A stretch of DNA of 64,000 nucleotides, taken from IMG/VR virus record IMGVR_UViG_3300047334_000085. One strand, written 5' to 3'. Positions 26,799 through 36,742 of the stretch are shown here, in pieces. The notes beneath the pieces are model-generated. The model was not told the origin of the DNA and did no database searches. It worked only from the letters and a program-made list of their open reading frames with translations. The number at the start of each line of letters is the position of its first letter. The first letter of the stretch is position 1. The stretch comes from a virus. The translations under genes were made by a program, and so were the position numbers.

Positions 26799-28985
26799 TT
26801 GGCCCTGACCTATGTTGACCGGGCGCGGATGAGCACCGCGACCACCGGTACCGGTACCATCACGCTAGGTTCGGCGGCGACGGCGTATCAGACCTTTGCC
26901 GCAGCGGGTGTGAGCAACGGCAACACGGTCGAGTATCTGATCGAGGACGGCAACGCCTGGGAGATCGGCGTCGGCACGTATAACTCGACCGGTCCGACGC
27001 TGGCGCGGAGCCTGCGGTCTTCGTCCACCGGCTCGCTGATCAGCCTGTCGGGGAACGGCATCGTGACGGTGGTGTTCACCGCGCTGACGCAGACCGAGAC
27101 CTTGGCCTCCCCTCCGGCGATCGGCGGCACGGCGGCGAACAGCGGCGCGTTCACCACGCTCGCAACGTCGGGCCAGTACACGGCCAGCGCCAACATCGTG
27201 ATGAACGGGACCAACCCGCAGCTTTACATCGGCTCCACCGGCGCCAACCAATCGATCCTCAATATCGGCGCCGCCGCCGGGCAATACCGGATCATCTATT
27301 TCAACAGCGGGTTCCTGGCTCGCTGGTCGATTGCCACCAGCGGCGAGGCCGAAAGCGGATCGAACGCGGGCAGCAATCTAGCCATCGACTCGTATTCCGA
27401 TGCGGGCGGCTTTCTCGCTGCTGTGCTTTCGATCAACCGCGCCACCGGACTTGTGACCATCCCGGATCTCGGTTCGGCCTCGGCCGCCATCACCGGCGGC
27501 ACGATCGACGGCACGATCATCGGCGGCAGCACGCCGGCGGCGGCGACGTTCAACTTCATCACCGTATCCTCGATCTCGGGCAGCGCGGGCACCATCGACG
27601 GCGTGGTGATCGGCGGGACGACGCCGGCGGCCGGTTCGTTCACCACCGTCACCGCCACATCGACGGTCAGCGGTGTCGGTCTGATCGCCACCACCAGCGG
27701 GATATCGATCGGCACGAATACGCAGACCGGCGCTTCGCTGAGTTTCAACACCGCAGCGGCCAACTACCGGCTTATGAATTTTTACTCAGGCGGGGTATCG
27801 CGCTGGCAAGTCGGTGTCGATAACTCGACCGAGTCCGGATCGAACGCGGGCGCCAATTTCTTCTTCAATTCGAACACCGACGCGGGCGGCTTTCTGGCGC
27901 AACCGCTGACGATCAACCGCGCCAGCGGTCTGGTGAGCCTGTCGAAAGGGGCGGCGATCACCGGCGGATCGATCAACAACGCCACGGTCGGCGCCACCAC
28001 GCCATCGACCGGCGCGTTCACCACCCTGACCGCCAACAACACCGTCACCCTGGCGCCGGTCACCGCCAATGTCGGGCGCAACATCTTCCACAACCCCCTG
28101 TTCAACATCGCACAGCGAGGCACCGGACCGTTTACCACGGCGAGCGTCTACACCGCCGATCGGTGGATACTGTCGCTGGCCAATGACACCGACAGCATCA
28201 CCGTCGCGTCGCTGACCGACACCGACCGGTCCGGGATCGGCAATGAGTATGCCGAAAACGCCTTGCAATGCGTGGTGGCAGGGGTGAGCACCGGCCTGAC
28301 GCAGATCCTGCAATACACCGAGGACGTGCGCCGGACCGCCAACAAGACCGTTGTGCTAAGTTTCTGGGCCAAAGGTTCGGTGGCGCTGAACGTCGGCGGC
28401 TACATGAGCCAGAATTTCGGCAGCGGCGGTTCACCGTCGGCGTCCGTGTCGTTCGGCACGCAAAGTGTGGCGATCACGACAAGCTGGGCGCGCTACAGCA
28501 TGACGTTCACCGTGCCCTCGACCTCGGGCAAGACGTTGGGAACCACGGCCAACACGAGCAGTCTTCTAGTCGCCCTGGGTCTTTCGGCGGGTGCCGCAGC
28601 CAGTCCGACCTTGGGTGTCGGGGTGCAGTCCGGCACCTTCACCTTCTGGGGCATGCAACTCGAAGTCGGCCCTGTCGCGTCGCCGCTTGAGACCAAGGAA
28701 ATCGGCCGCGATCTGGTGCTTTGCCAGCGTTTCTATCAGGTCTTTTCGACGTTGCAGGTCTACACCAGCTATGGCCTCGCTGCGGGCGCGGCGATCCAGG
28801 ATTTCATCTTCCCCGTGACGATGCGCGTGGCCCCGACAGGCACGTTAAGCGGCGCCAGCTACGGCAACGCTTCGGCCGCGACGGTGAACGCAACAACCGT
28901 CAGCGAAGCCCGCATCCAGATCAGCATCACCGGAGTCGGCGCAGCGTTTGGCTCGTTTACCGCAGCCTTCAGCGCCGATTTCTGA
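26799..28985 (+). CDS. Tail fibre protein
   Basis: N-terminus has [15 protein letters not shown]...[16 protein letters not shown], typical of alphaproteobacterial phage fibres. It carries the repeated motif (I/T)GG(S/T)TPAAG(A/S)FT(T/F). TTG start. Confidence 0.7.
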   Translation: MALTYVDRARMSTATTGTGTITLGSAATAYQTFAAAGVSNGNTVEYLIEDGNAWEIGVGTYNSTGPTLARSLRSSSTGSLISLSGNGIVTVVFTALTQTETLASPPAIGGTAANSGAFTTLATSGQYTASANIVMNGTNPQLYIGSTGANQSILNIGAAAGQYRIIYFNSGFLARWSIATSGEAESGSNAGSNLAIDSYSDAGGFLAAVLSINRATGLVTIPDLGSASAAITGGTIDGTIIGGSTPAAATFNFITVSSISGSAGTIDGVVIGGTTPAAGSFTTVTATSTVSGVGLIATTSGISIGTNTQTGASLSFNTAAANYRLMNFYSGGVSRWQVGVDNSTESGSNAGANFFFNSNTDAGGFLAQPLTINRASGLVSLSKGAAITGGSINNATVGATTPSTGAFTTLTANNTVTLAPVTANVGRNIFHNPLFNIAQRGTGPFTTASVYTADRWILSLANDTDSITVASLTDTDRSGIGNEYAENALQCVVAGVSTGLTQILQYTEDVRRTANKTVVLSFWAKGSVALNVGGYMSQNFGSGGSPSASVSFGTQSVAITTSWARYSMTFTVPSTSGKTLGTTANTSSLLVALGLSAGAAASPTLGVGVQSGTFTFWGMQLEVGPVASPLETKEIGRDLVLCQRFYQVFSTLQVYTSYGLAAGAAIQDFIFPVTMRVAPTGTLSGASYGNASAATVNATTVSEARIQISITGVGAAFGSFTAAFSADF

Positions 28986-28998
28986 TCGGTAGGGCCTG

Positions 28999-31782
28999 AT
29001 GTACGGCTCATCCGCCTATTCCAGCACCGCCTACGCCGCCGGGCGCACACAGTTCCTGGTGCAGATTGACGGCTTTGCGCCCGCCGAGTGGCTGGAAAGC
29101 CTGCGCCGTGACATTGCCGTTCCCGACGAGGCGCTGGTTGGCGTTCGCACCGACGCCAACAGTCCCGACTCGATCTCCGGTTCGCCGCAAACCACCGGGC
29201 TGATATCGGCGGAAAGCCTCGCCAGTGTGCGCGCCGATGCCAATGTGCCGCTGGAAAACCTTGAAGGGCTGCGCACCGACGGCAACCTGCCGGTGGAAAA
29301 TTTCACCGGTTCGCGCACCGACGGCAATGTGCCCAGCGAACGGTCCGGCAGCCCGCGCGGCGACACCGCCATCCCGGACGAATGGTTCGGCAGTGCGCGC
29401 GGCGACAGCCAGATCCCCAACGAGCGGTTGGAAGGCGTCATCACCGACGCCAATGGGCCGGTCGAAGACCTCAGCGGCGTCGCCAGGGACAGCCAGATAC
29501 CGGCCGAACGCAGTGCCGCGACCGCGAATGTGGGCCTGACGCCGGCAGAATCATCGGCCAACGAAGTCACCACCGGCGCCATTCCGGTGGAAAACCTGGG
29601 CGGCATTGTCCGCGACCGCACTCTGCCAGACGAAAGCCTCTCGGGTGTCATCACCACCGAGATCAGCCCGACAGAATGGTTGAGCACCGTGCTGCCGGTG
29701 CAAATCGACGCTTCGATCCCGATCGAATGGCTGGGCGTGTTCCCGACCGTGATGATCGACCAGTCGATGCCGACCGAATGGACGGCTTCGGTTGAAACCG
29801 ACGCCAATGTGCCGCTGCAAACCTCGGTTGATCTGGTTCGCACCGACGCCACGCCACCGACCGAAACGGTCGCATCGCTGCAAACCGACGCGGCCCCGCG
29901 CGACGAAACGCTCGCCAACGTCAGCATAGACGACAAGATCATCAACCGTTGGCATGGGCAGCCCACCACCACCAGCGCCATTCCGGCGGAAAACGCATCG
30001 GCACTGGAATCGGACGCGCTGACGCCGAACGCCGTGCTTGGATCTCCAACCGCCGATGCCGCGATCGCAGCGGAAACGACGGCCAATGTCAGCATAGACG
30101 ACAAGATCATCAACCGTTGGCACGGCCAGCCCGTCACGGATGCGGCGGTGCCGGCGGAGACGTCCTCGGCGGTGCACACCGAGACGCCGCCGCTCAACGA
30201 GTGGCTGGGCGCGCTGCCGGGCGATACAGCAATCCCAGCGGAAACGACGGCCAACGTCAGCATCGACGAAAAGATTATCAACCGCTGGCACGGCCAGCCG
30301 GTCACCACAACGGCGATCCCGGCGGAGTGGTTGATCTCCACCGCCACCACCGGTGCGATACCGACAGAACGGCTGGTTGGCGTCGCCACCGATCAAGCCC
30401 CGACGGCAGAATCGCAGGCCAACGAGCAGACCCACAACGCCAGCCCGGCGGAGACGACCGCCACGGTAGCCGCCGATGGCACGGCGCCGGTTGAGGCTGC
30501 GGCCGGTGTTATCGGCGACGAAGCCCCGCCGACGGAATGGACAAGTTCGGTCCTGGCGGTGCAGGTCGATACCAACATTCCGCTGGAATGGCTTGGCTCG
30601 ACGCTCATGGTCCAGACCGACGCCTCGGCGCCGACGGAATGGACCGGCACGGTTGAAACCGACGCATCGGCGCCGACCGAGGCCATGGTTTCGGTTAGTC
30701 GCGACGGCAAAAGCCCGGCCGAAAGCCTGCAATCGGCGCAAACCGAGGGCACAAGCCCGGTCGAATCGCTGGTTGGCGTGCAGAGCGACGCCAGCGCGCC
30801 GGACGAAACCACAGGCACGGTCAGCACCGACACAACGAGCCCGGTTGACGCGCTGCAATGGGTGGCGGCGACGGGTGCGACGCCGGTGGAATCGCTGGCC
30901 GGGGTGGCGACCGACAGCGTCACGGCAAATGAAGACCTGATCTCGGTCGATACCGACAGCGCAAGCCCGGCCGAGGCGATGCCATCCGTGCAAGCCGTCG
31001 GCGCCAGCCCGGTCGAGTCGTTGGCCGGTGTGCAGCGTGACACGAGCGAACCAACGGAAGGGCTTGGATCAGTCCAAACCTACGCTTCAAGTCCAATCGA
31101 GTGGTCCAGCTTGGTCGCTGGCGATGCGGCGATACCGGCAGAAGCACAGGCCGCCGCCTCCACCGATCGGGGCGTGCCGGTTGAAAGCCTGACCGGCGTG
31201 ATGGTCACGCAGAACGATCCAAACGAGTGGACGAGTTCTGTATCTGCGGTGCTGGTCGATCAATCGATCCCGGCCGAATGGACGGCATCGGTTGTCAATG
31301 ACGGCCTATCGGTTGACGAAACCGCTTCTGCGGTTGTCACCGACGCCGCAATCCCGGACGAGCGCGGCGAAATAGAGGTCGTGTTCGGCGGAGCGAATGA
31401 CCAGTGCATTGAGCCGCCGCCCGGTTATCGGCGGCTGCTGGACACCTCGAACGTTGACCTGGCAGCGCAAGAAGCGGCGCGGCTGCGCCAGTCGCGCATT
31501 GAAATCGGTCTGTTGCCGCAAGACGACGTGCCCGACCTGCCGGCACCGATCGCCGATATCCCGCCCGAACAGGCGATCATCTTCGTTGTTCCGCCGGTCA
31601 TCGAGGTTGTCCCGTTCGCGGCGGATGCGATTGCGGCCGAGATCGCAGCGACGTTGCTGGATGCCATTCGCGCCGACGATGCGGCAACGATCGCGGCTGA
31701 GGCGGAGGCGGATGCGCTGAAAATGATGCGCCTGATCGCCGATGACGCTGATGTTTTGATGCTGCTTTCGGCGCTGATTTGA
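28999..31782 (+). CDS. 927-aa repeat protein with about 50 copies of a 14-aa unit (consensus V.TDa.iP.E.l.g), probable fibre/appendage
   Basis: The repeat was read directly from the translation. N-terminus is MYGSSAYSSTAYAAG. Confidence 0.75.
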   Translation: MYGSSAYSSTAYAAGRTQFLVQIDGFAPAEWLESLRRDIAVPDEALVGVRTDANSPDSISGSPQTTGLISAESLASVRADANVPLENLEGLRTDGNLPVENFTGSRTDGNVPSERSGSPRGDTAIPDEWFGSARGDSQIPNERLEGVITDANGPVEDLSGVARDSQIPAERSAATANVGLTPAESSANEVTTGAIPVENLGGIVRDRTLPDESLSGVITTEISPTEWLSTVLPVQIDASIPIEWLGVFPTVMIDQSMPTEWTASVETDANVPLQTSVDLVRTDATPPTETVASLQTDAAPRDETLANVSIDDKIINRWHGQPTTTSAIPAENASALESDALTPNAVLGSPTADAAIAAETTANVSIDDKIINRWHGQPVTDAAVPAETSSAVHTETPPLNEWLGALPGDTAIPAETTANVSIDEKIINRWHGQPVTTTAIPAEWLISTATTGAIPTERLVGVATDQAPTAESQANEQTHNASPAETTATVAADGTAPVEAAAGVIGDEAPPTEWTSSVLAVQVDTNIPLEWLGSTLMVQTDASAPTEWTGTVETDASAPTEAMVSVSRDGKSPAESLQSAQTEGTSPVESLVGVQSDASAPDETTGTVSTDTTSPVDALQWVAATGATPVESLAGVATDSVTANEDLISVDTDSASPAEAMPSVQAVGASPVESLAGVQRDTSEPTEGLGSVQTYASSPIEWSSLVAGDAAIPAEAQAAASTDRGVPVESLTGVMVTQNDPNEWTSSVSAVLVDQSIPAEWTASVVNDGLSVDETASAVVTDAAIPDERGEIEVVFGGANDQCIEPPPGYRRLLDTSNVDLAAQEAARLRQSRIEIGLLPQDDVPDLPAPIADIPPEQAIIFVVPPVIEVVPFAADAIAAEIAATLLDAIRADDAATIAAEAEADALKMMRLIADDADVLMLLSALI
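29914..30417 (+). repeat. Three tandem 168-nt higher-order repeats (4 x 14 codons), each containing ANVSID(D/E)KIINRWHGQP
   Basis: Near-identical about 50-nt cores start at 29914, 30082 and 30250, exactly 168 nt apart. Confidence 0.8.
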
Positions 31783-31924
31783 CATCGCGGTGTCAGCGTG
31801 TGTTGGTAACTGATTGACGACACACGATCATATCAAATAAAAACCGAACGACGTGCCTGACCAACCGGCTGGTGACGTGCCGGGTGACCATCTCCGCCTG
31901 CCCTAGACGACCCCCAGGAGACGT

Positions 31925-33052
31925 TTGCCCGTGGCATCGATTGCCGTTTCGCGCCCACCTGACATCCTCATTCGCACAGCCCCGCCGCTGTCGGCGACGT
32001 CCGACTCCCCGTTGGCCGAGGTGGCAAAGCCACCGGTATCCGCATCCAACCATGCCGACGACAACGATGCCGGCATCCCGGCGGAAATGACGTTGCAGGA
32101 GAAGGCCGCAGCGGATGCGGCGCGATCGGTGGAAGCCGGTGCGGACCCAGAAACGACTGAGAAGCCTGCAAAACCGGCGAAAGCCGACAAGACCGCCAAG
32201 GCCGAACCAACTGAGCCGGAAGTCAAAGTTGAAGCCGCCGGCGAGGACGATGAAGTTGACGTTTCGGATCTTCCCCCAGGCACCCCGACATGGGCGGTGC
32301 GGGAGATATCGAAGGCACGCAAGGTCTCGCGCACCCAGGTTGCCGAAGCCGCCGCTGCCATCAAAGCCGCGACGGACGCTGCGGCGGCAGCGCGGGCGGA
32401 ACTCGCGGCGTTGCGCGCGGCGGCGGAAAAGACCCCCGAACAAGCCAAGCCCCTCGAACCGGTTGTCGATGCCCGCCCGACCCGCGATGCGTTCGATGAC
32501 CCCGATTCGTATGACACCGCGCTGACCGAATGGGCCGAACGCGAGGGCGTGCGCAAGGTTGCCGCCAAGCAGGAAGCCGAAGCGCAGGCCAAGGCGAAGG
32601 CCGACGCCGAAGCGGAAGCGGCGCGCCAAGCTGCGATCTGGACCGCGCGGCGTACGGCGGCGATCGAGAAATACCCCGATTACGAGAAGGTTGCCGAGGG
32701 CGATCATGTCGTCTCGATGCCGATGGCGTCTGCGATGATGGGCCTCGAAAACGGCACTGACGTTGCGATGTATCTGGGCCAGAACCCCGAAGAGAGTGCC
32801 AAGATTGCCGCGATGCCGAGCCCGGTGTTGCAGATGGTCGAGGTTTGCAAGCTGGCGGCACAGCTATCGGCGCCGAAGCCGCGCGCGACGCGCGCCAAGC
32901 CGATCGAGCCGATCGAGCGCAACACAGCACCCGCCGATACGTCCGAACGCGAGCCGTCGATGGATGAATGGGCGGCCAAGCGTAACCCCGAGATCATGAA
33001 CGGCCGCAAACCGTTCTTCAACGTCACTGAGCGCGTTGCGGCGCGGCACTGA
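31925..33052 (+). CDS. Putative scaffolding protein
   Basis: Ala/Glu/Lys-rich helical protein just upstream of the coat gene. AGGAG sits 5 nt before TTG 31925. Contains YPDYEKV...NPEESAKIAAM. Confidence 0.55.
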   Translation: MPVASIAVSRPPDILIRTAPPLSATSDSPLAEVAKPPVSASNHADDNDAGIPAEMTLQEKAAADAARSVEAGADPETTEKPAKPAKADKTAKAEPTEPEVKVEAAGEDDEVDVSDLPPGTPTWAVREISKARKVSRTQVAEAAAAIKAATDAAAAARAELAALRAAAEKTPEQAKPLEPVVDARPTRDAFDDPDSYDTALTEWAEREGVRKVAAKQEAEAQAKAKADAEAEAARQAAIWTARRTAAIEKYPDYEKVAEGDHVVSMPMASAMMGLENGTDVAMYLGQNPEESAKIAAMPSPVLQMVEVCKLAAQLSAPKPRATRAKPIEPIERNTAPADTSEREPSMDEWAAKRNPEIMNGRKPFFNVTERVAARH

Positions 33053-33066
33053 AAGGAAATACCGGC

Positions 33067-33375
33067 ATGCTCACCGCATCCTCGTTTGGCACCACGCCCG
33101 CAGACAAACCTTCGCGTCCGGCGACCGACCTCGAAAGTCTGCACGACACCATCACCGCCAGTGCGCGAGACACGGCGGAAATCATCGCGTCGCTGGCGTC
33201 GCTGGTGATCAAGCTGCGGGGCAGCAGCCCGCCGCAAGACGACCGCAACGTGACATCGCTGCCGGAGCGCCCGCCAGCGGGCATCCTGGCGGAACTCCGG
33301 TCGGCGATTTTCACCGTCAACGAAGGCCACGAGGTTATCAAAAGCCTGATCGGCGATTTGGCAACGCATCTCTGA
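33067..33375 (+). CDS. Hypothetical small protein
   Basis: ORF track. AAGGAAA before the ATG. Confidence 0.5.
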   Translation: MLTASSFGTTPADKPSRPATDLESLHDTITASARDTAEIIASLASLVIKLRGSSPPQDDRNVTSLPERPPAGILAELRSAIFTVNEGHEVIKSLIGDLATHL

Positions 33376-33393
33376 CCCTGCGGCAAGCCTGAC

Positions 33394-33447
33394 CGACCGG
33401 CCGGACAGCCGGGTGACCAAAGACCCCGACCGGCCGGACAGCCGGGT
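33394..33447 (+). repeat. Two copies of the 21-bp direct repeat CGACCGGCCGGACAGCCGGGT (33-bp period), each a small hairpin, plus four or more CTGACC motifs nearby
   Basis: Read directly, in the 223-bp leader upstream of the coat gene. Confidence 0.7.
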
Positions 33448-33598
33448 AGCCTGACCACCGACCACTGACCACCGAAGACTGAACCGCACCGGCGCGAATA
33501 AGCCGGGACCGCCACCGGAGCGCAGTCCGGGCAGGAACCCATCAGCATGACAACAATCATCTAGTCGCTCCGCGTGCGGGGCGCGCAGGAGTGTTACC

Positions 33599-34783
33599 GT
33601 GGCCTCAAACGCCCTACTCACGCCGGCCCTGATCACCAAGGAAACACTGGTGATCCTGGAGAACAACCTTGTCGCAGCCGGCAAGGTCAACCGTCAGTTC
33701 GAAAACCAGTTCGTCAAGATCGGCACCACGCTGACCGTGCGCAAGCCGAACCGGTTCAAGATCACCCTTGGCCCGGCTTTGCAGATCCAGGACATCAGCG
33801 AGCCGTCAACCTCGATCACCGTCTCCACCCAGGCGCATGTGGACTTCCAGTTCAGCAGCCAGGAACTGACGCTGACCATCGAGGAATACTCGGAGCGGTA
33901 TTGCAAGCCCGCCGCCGCCACCATCGCCAACCAGATCGATATCTCGGTGCTGCAAAACTTCACCGCGATCTACAGCGAGGTTGGCACGCCTGGCACCCTG
34001 CCGAACTCGTTTGCCTCGCTCGCCGCCGTCGGCCAGCGGCTTGACGAGCAGGCCGCACCGCAGGACGGCCGCGTGCTGATCCTCAACCCCGCCGCCTACT
34101 GGTCGATCGCCAACGGGCTGTCCAACCTGTTCACCCGTTCGGTTGCCGAACCGGCACTGAAAGGCTTCCTGGCCGCGATCGCCAACTTCGAAATCTACGA
34201 AGACCAGAACATCCAAAGCCAGACCGTCGGCAACTATGCCGGCACCCCGACCGTCAACGGCGCTGGGCAGACCGGGGCATCGCTGGTCACGCAGGGCTGG
34301 TCGAACAGCATCGCCACCCTGCTGAACGTGGGCGACGTGTTCACCATCGCGGGGGTGTTCGCGATCAACCCGCAAAGTCGCCAGTCCACCGGCAGCTTGA
34401 TGAACTTTGTCGTCACCACCACCGCTTCGTCTTCCGGCGGCGGCGCATCGACCCTGGCCATCAGCCCCGCGATCACCACCACCGGCGCCTATCAGAACGT
34501 TTCGAACTCCCCGGCGAACTCGGCTGCGATAACCGTTCTTGGAACGGCATCAACCACCTATTTCCAGAACATCGGGTTTACCCGCGATGCGTTCGGGTTA
34601 GTGTGTGTTCCCATGGAGTTACCGGGCGGCGTGGACTTCGCTGCACGTGAGATGTATCGCGCAATCAGCATGCGTATCGTTCGGGCTTTCGACATATTTA
34701 ACGACGTTACTCCGTGCCGTATCGATGTGCTGTACGGCACCAGCACGTTTTATCCAGAACTCGCCGCCCGGCTGACCAACTAA
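33599..34783 (+). CDS. Major capsid protein, P22 gp5 coat family
   Basis: LITKETLVILENNLVAAGKVNRQFENQFVKIGTTLTVRKPNRF is the characteristic N-arm of the P22 coat family. AGGAG-N7-GTG. A strong terminator follows. Confidence 0.88.
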   Translation: MASNALLTPALITKETLVILENNLVAAGKVNRQFENQFVKIGTTLTVRKPNRFKITLGPALQIQDISEPSTSITVSTQAHVDFQFSSQELTLTIEEYSERYCKPAAATIANQIDISVLQNFTAIYSEVGTPGTLPNSFASLAAVGQRLDEQAAPQDGRVLILNPAAYWSIANGLSNLFTRSVAEPALKGFLAAIANFEIYEDQNIQSQTVGNYAGTPTVNGAGQTGASLVTQGWSNSIATLLNVGDVFTIAGVFAINPQSRQSTGSLMNFVVTTTASSSGGGASTLAISPAITTTGAYQNVSNSPANSAAITVLGTASTTYFQNIGFTRDAFGLVCVPMELPGGVDFAAREMYRAISMRIVRAFDIFNDVTPCRIDVLYGTSTFYPELAARLTN

Positions 34784-34793
34784 GCCGGAAAAA

Positions 34794-34831
34794 GACGAAA
34801 AACCGGCCATAAAGCTCCGGTTTTTCGTTTC
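34794..34831 (+). terminator. Rho-independent terminator after the coat gene
   Basis: 12-bp perfect stem ACGAAAAACCGG / CCGGTTTTTCGT, 10-nt loop, T-rich tail. Confidence 0.75.
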
Positions 34832-34861
34832 AAGTTTATATCAGACGACGGACCGGAACCG

Positions 34862-35182
34862 ATGACGCCTCGCCAGATCAAACGCTTTCGAAAGCAATTC
34901 GCCGAACAGGTCGAGCAGGAACGCAACGGCGCGCCGATACCGCCCGAGATTGCCGCCCTGATGACCAAGCGGAAAGCGCCCGAGGTGCTGTATCAGCTTG
35001 TCGTCACGGTTGCCGAAACTGGTAAGTTGCTGCCGGTCGGACCGGCGATGATCAAAGACGCCTGCGGCCTGTGTGCGGCGGCCATCAATAAGCAGATCGC
35101 GTTGGGCCGCGAACGCACCTGGAAACACGTTGCCATCGTTCCACTCACCCCGATTGCGCCTTCAATTCACGGAGTAAACTGA
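34862..35182 (+). CDS. Hypothetical protein
   Basis: ORF track. Confidence 0.5.
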   Translation: MTPRQIKRFRKQFAEQVEQERNGAPIPPEIAALMTKRKAPEVLYQLVVTVAETGKLLPVGPAMIKDACGLCAAAINKQIALGRERTWKHVAIVPLTPIAPSIHGVN

Positions 35183-35183
35183 C

Positions 35184-35492
35184 ATGGCTGGCCCCAACAA
35201 CGAACCGGTTACCTCTGGCATCATCACCACCACCACCAACCAGCGGGCGCTGTCCGATGGCAACCCGATCGGCACCACGTTCGGCAACAGCCCGACCGAC
35301 CTGATCAGCCATTACGGCGTGACCTGCGTTGTGCAGTTCACCCAGCCGGGTTCGCCCAACACCACCACCAGCGCGGCCGGCAGCACCACCAACGTGTTCA
35401 CCAACACCACCTTTACCGGTGGCACCGGCACCACCGCCTATTCGGTGGGTGACATCGTCACCATGCTGAAGCAGCAGGGCCTGCTGGCGTAA
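35184..35492 (+). CDS. Thr-rich small virion-type protein (possible head decoration)
   Basis: Begins 1 nt after the upstream stop. C-terminal ...AYSVGDIVTMLKQQGLLA. Confidence 0.5.
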   Translation: MAGPNNEPVTSGIITTTTNQRALSDGNPIGTTFGNSPTDLISHYGVTCVVQFTQPGSPNTTTSAAGSTTNVFTNTTFTGGTGTTAYSVGDIVTMLKQQGLLA

Positions 35493-35510
35493 CGCAACGC
35501 CAATTTGGTG

Positions 35511-35891
35511 ATGCTGTTGGACATCGACGGGGAATGTTACCTCTTTGCCAGCGGCAACAACGAGGGCGAGATGGACACGGTCGAGGCAGCGGCGCGGGCA
35601 ATGTGCCTGTCGGAAGGTGAAGATCCCGACACCATGCTCGGGATGCAAAAGGCGCCGCTGTATGGACCGCGCGGCTATCTGGTCGCACTGCCGGCGGATC
35701 AGACATTTCCGGCTTGGGGTGTTTATGTGCCGCTGGCGAAAACCTGCCTCAACGCCGTGGCCGCACCCAGTCAGATGATGCTGACGGCAGGGGCAAAAGC
35801 GCTGCAATATTACTGCGACGCAACGCCGGACAAGCAGGCGGAAGCGGTGTGGCGCGCGATGCACGCCGTCATGCTGATCGAAAGGACATAA
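35511..35891 (+). CDS. Hypothetical protein
   Basis: TTG, GTG and ATG candidates lie at 35505, 35508 and 35511. The start is uncertain. Confidence 0.45.
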   Translation: MLLDIDGECYLFASGNNEGEMDTVEAAARAMCLSEGEDPDTMLGMQKAPLYGPRGYLVALPADQTFPAWGVYVPLAKTCLNAVAAPSQMMLTAGAKALQYYCDATPDKQAEAVWRAMHAVMLIERT

Positions 35892-35893
35892 CG

Positions 35894-36736
35894 ATGCCGA
35901 TGCTGCAACAGCACGCCGACACGATCATTCGCGATGCACCGCCGACACGCGAGCATAAGGAATATCCGAAATACATGACGCATCCGGCGTATCAGCCGGG
36001 GCGTGTGGGCGAGGAAGTGCGCTCACCGGCGGGTTTCAGCTACCACGTTGGCGGAACGCCCATTCGCTATCCGCCGATGCTGGTGCGCGATGCCGACCAG
36101 GAAGAGTATTACCGCAGCCAGGGCTATGTCACCCAGGGCAAGTCCGACCCGGCCGCGTTCGCTGCGGCGGTGCAGGCAATGCCGCCGCCGGACGAAAACT
36201 ACCGGCCGAAGGAATACCCGAAATGGGTGGGCGATTTCCTGGTCAATAACCGCGAGGAAGAGGAAGCGGCGGCGCATAAGCGGCGGGTGCAGCTTGGCAT
36301 CGAGCCGCCTGGGGAAGAGGACGCGCCGGAAATCACGCCGACAGACCCCGTCCCTGAAATCGCCCATGAGGCCCCGCCCGAACCCGCGCCGTCACCAGAG
36401 TCCAACCCGCCACCTGCGCCGCAAACCGCGCTGCTGGATGCCCGCATGACCGCGCTGGAAGCGGATATGAGCGAAATCAAGCTGATGTTCGTGCAGTTCA
36501 TGGCGGCCAACCGGATGCACCCGCCTATGTTCGCCGCACCTGAAGCCATGCAGCAGGAACGCCAGGCCGCAGCAGAGGCGCCGGTGCCCGACGAAACCCT
36601 GCCGGAACCGGCCACACCCGCGAAACAGCGGGCGAAATCCGCGAAACCGCGCAAGCCGCAGAGCCGGCGATCACCGCGCGATACCCAGACCGCACGCGCG
36701 GCCAAACAGGTCGCCGCACTGATGGCGACCTCATAA
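35894..36736 (+). CDS. Hypothetical protein with two EYPK(Y/W) motifs and a Pro-rich centre
   Basis: Internal ATG of ORF 35714... Contains HKEYPKYMTH and PKEYPKWVGD. Confidence 0.6.
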   Translation: MPMLQQHADTIIRDAPPTREHKEYPKYMTHPAYQPGRVGEEVRSPAGFSYHVGGTPIRYPPMLVRDADQEEYYRSQGYVTQGKSDPAAFAAAVQAMPPPDENYRPKEYPKWVGDFLVNNREEEEAAAHKRRVQLGIEPPGEEDAPEITPTDPVPEIAHEAPPEPAPSPESNPPPAPQTALLDARMTALEADMSEIKLMFVQFMAANRMHPPMFAAPEAMQQERQAAAEAPVPDETLPEPATPAKQRAKSAKPRKPQSRRSPRDTQTARAAKQVAALMATS

Positions 36737-36742
36737 CGCGCC

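Noticed and set aside
28999-31782. Regular short repeats that could suggest a CRISPR array or non-coding satellite
   Set aside because: The period is 42 nt, in frame within a continuous ORF. The repeats are degenerate at the nucleotide level but conserved at the amino-acid level. There are no unique spacers.
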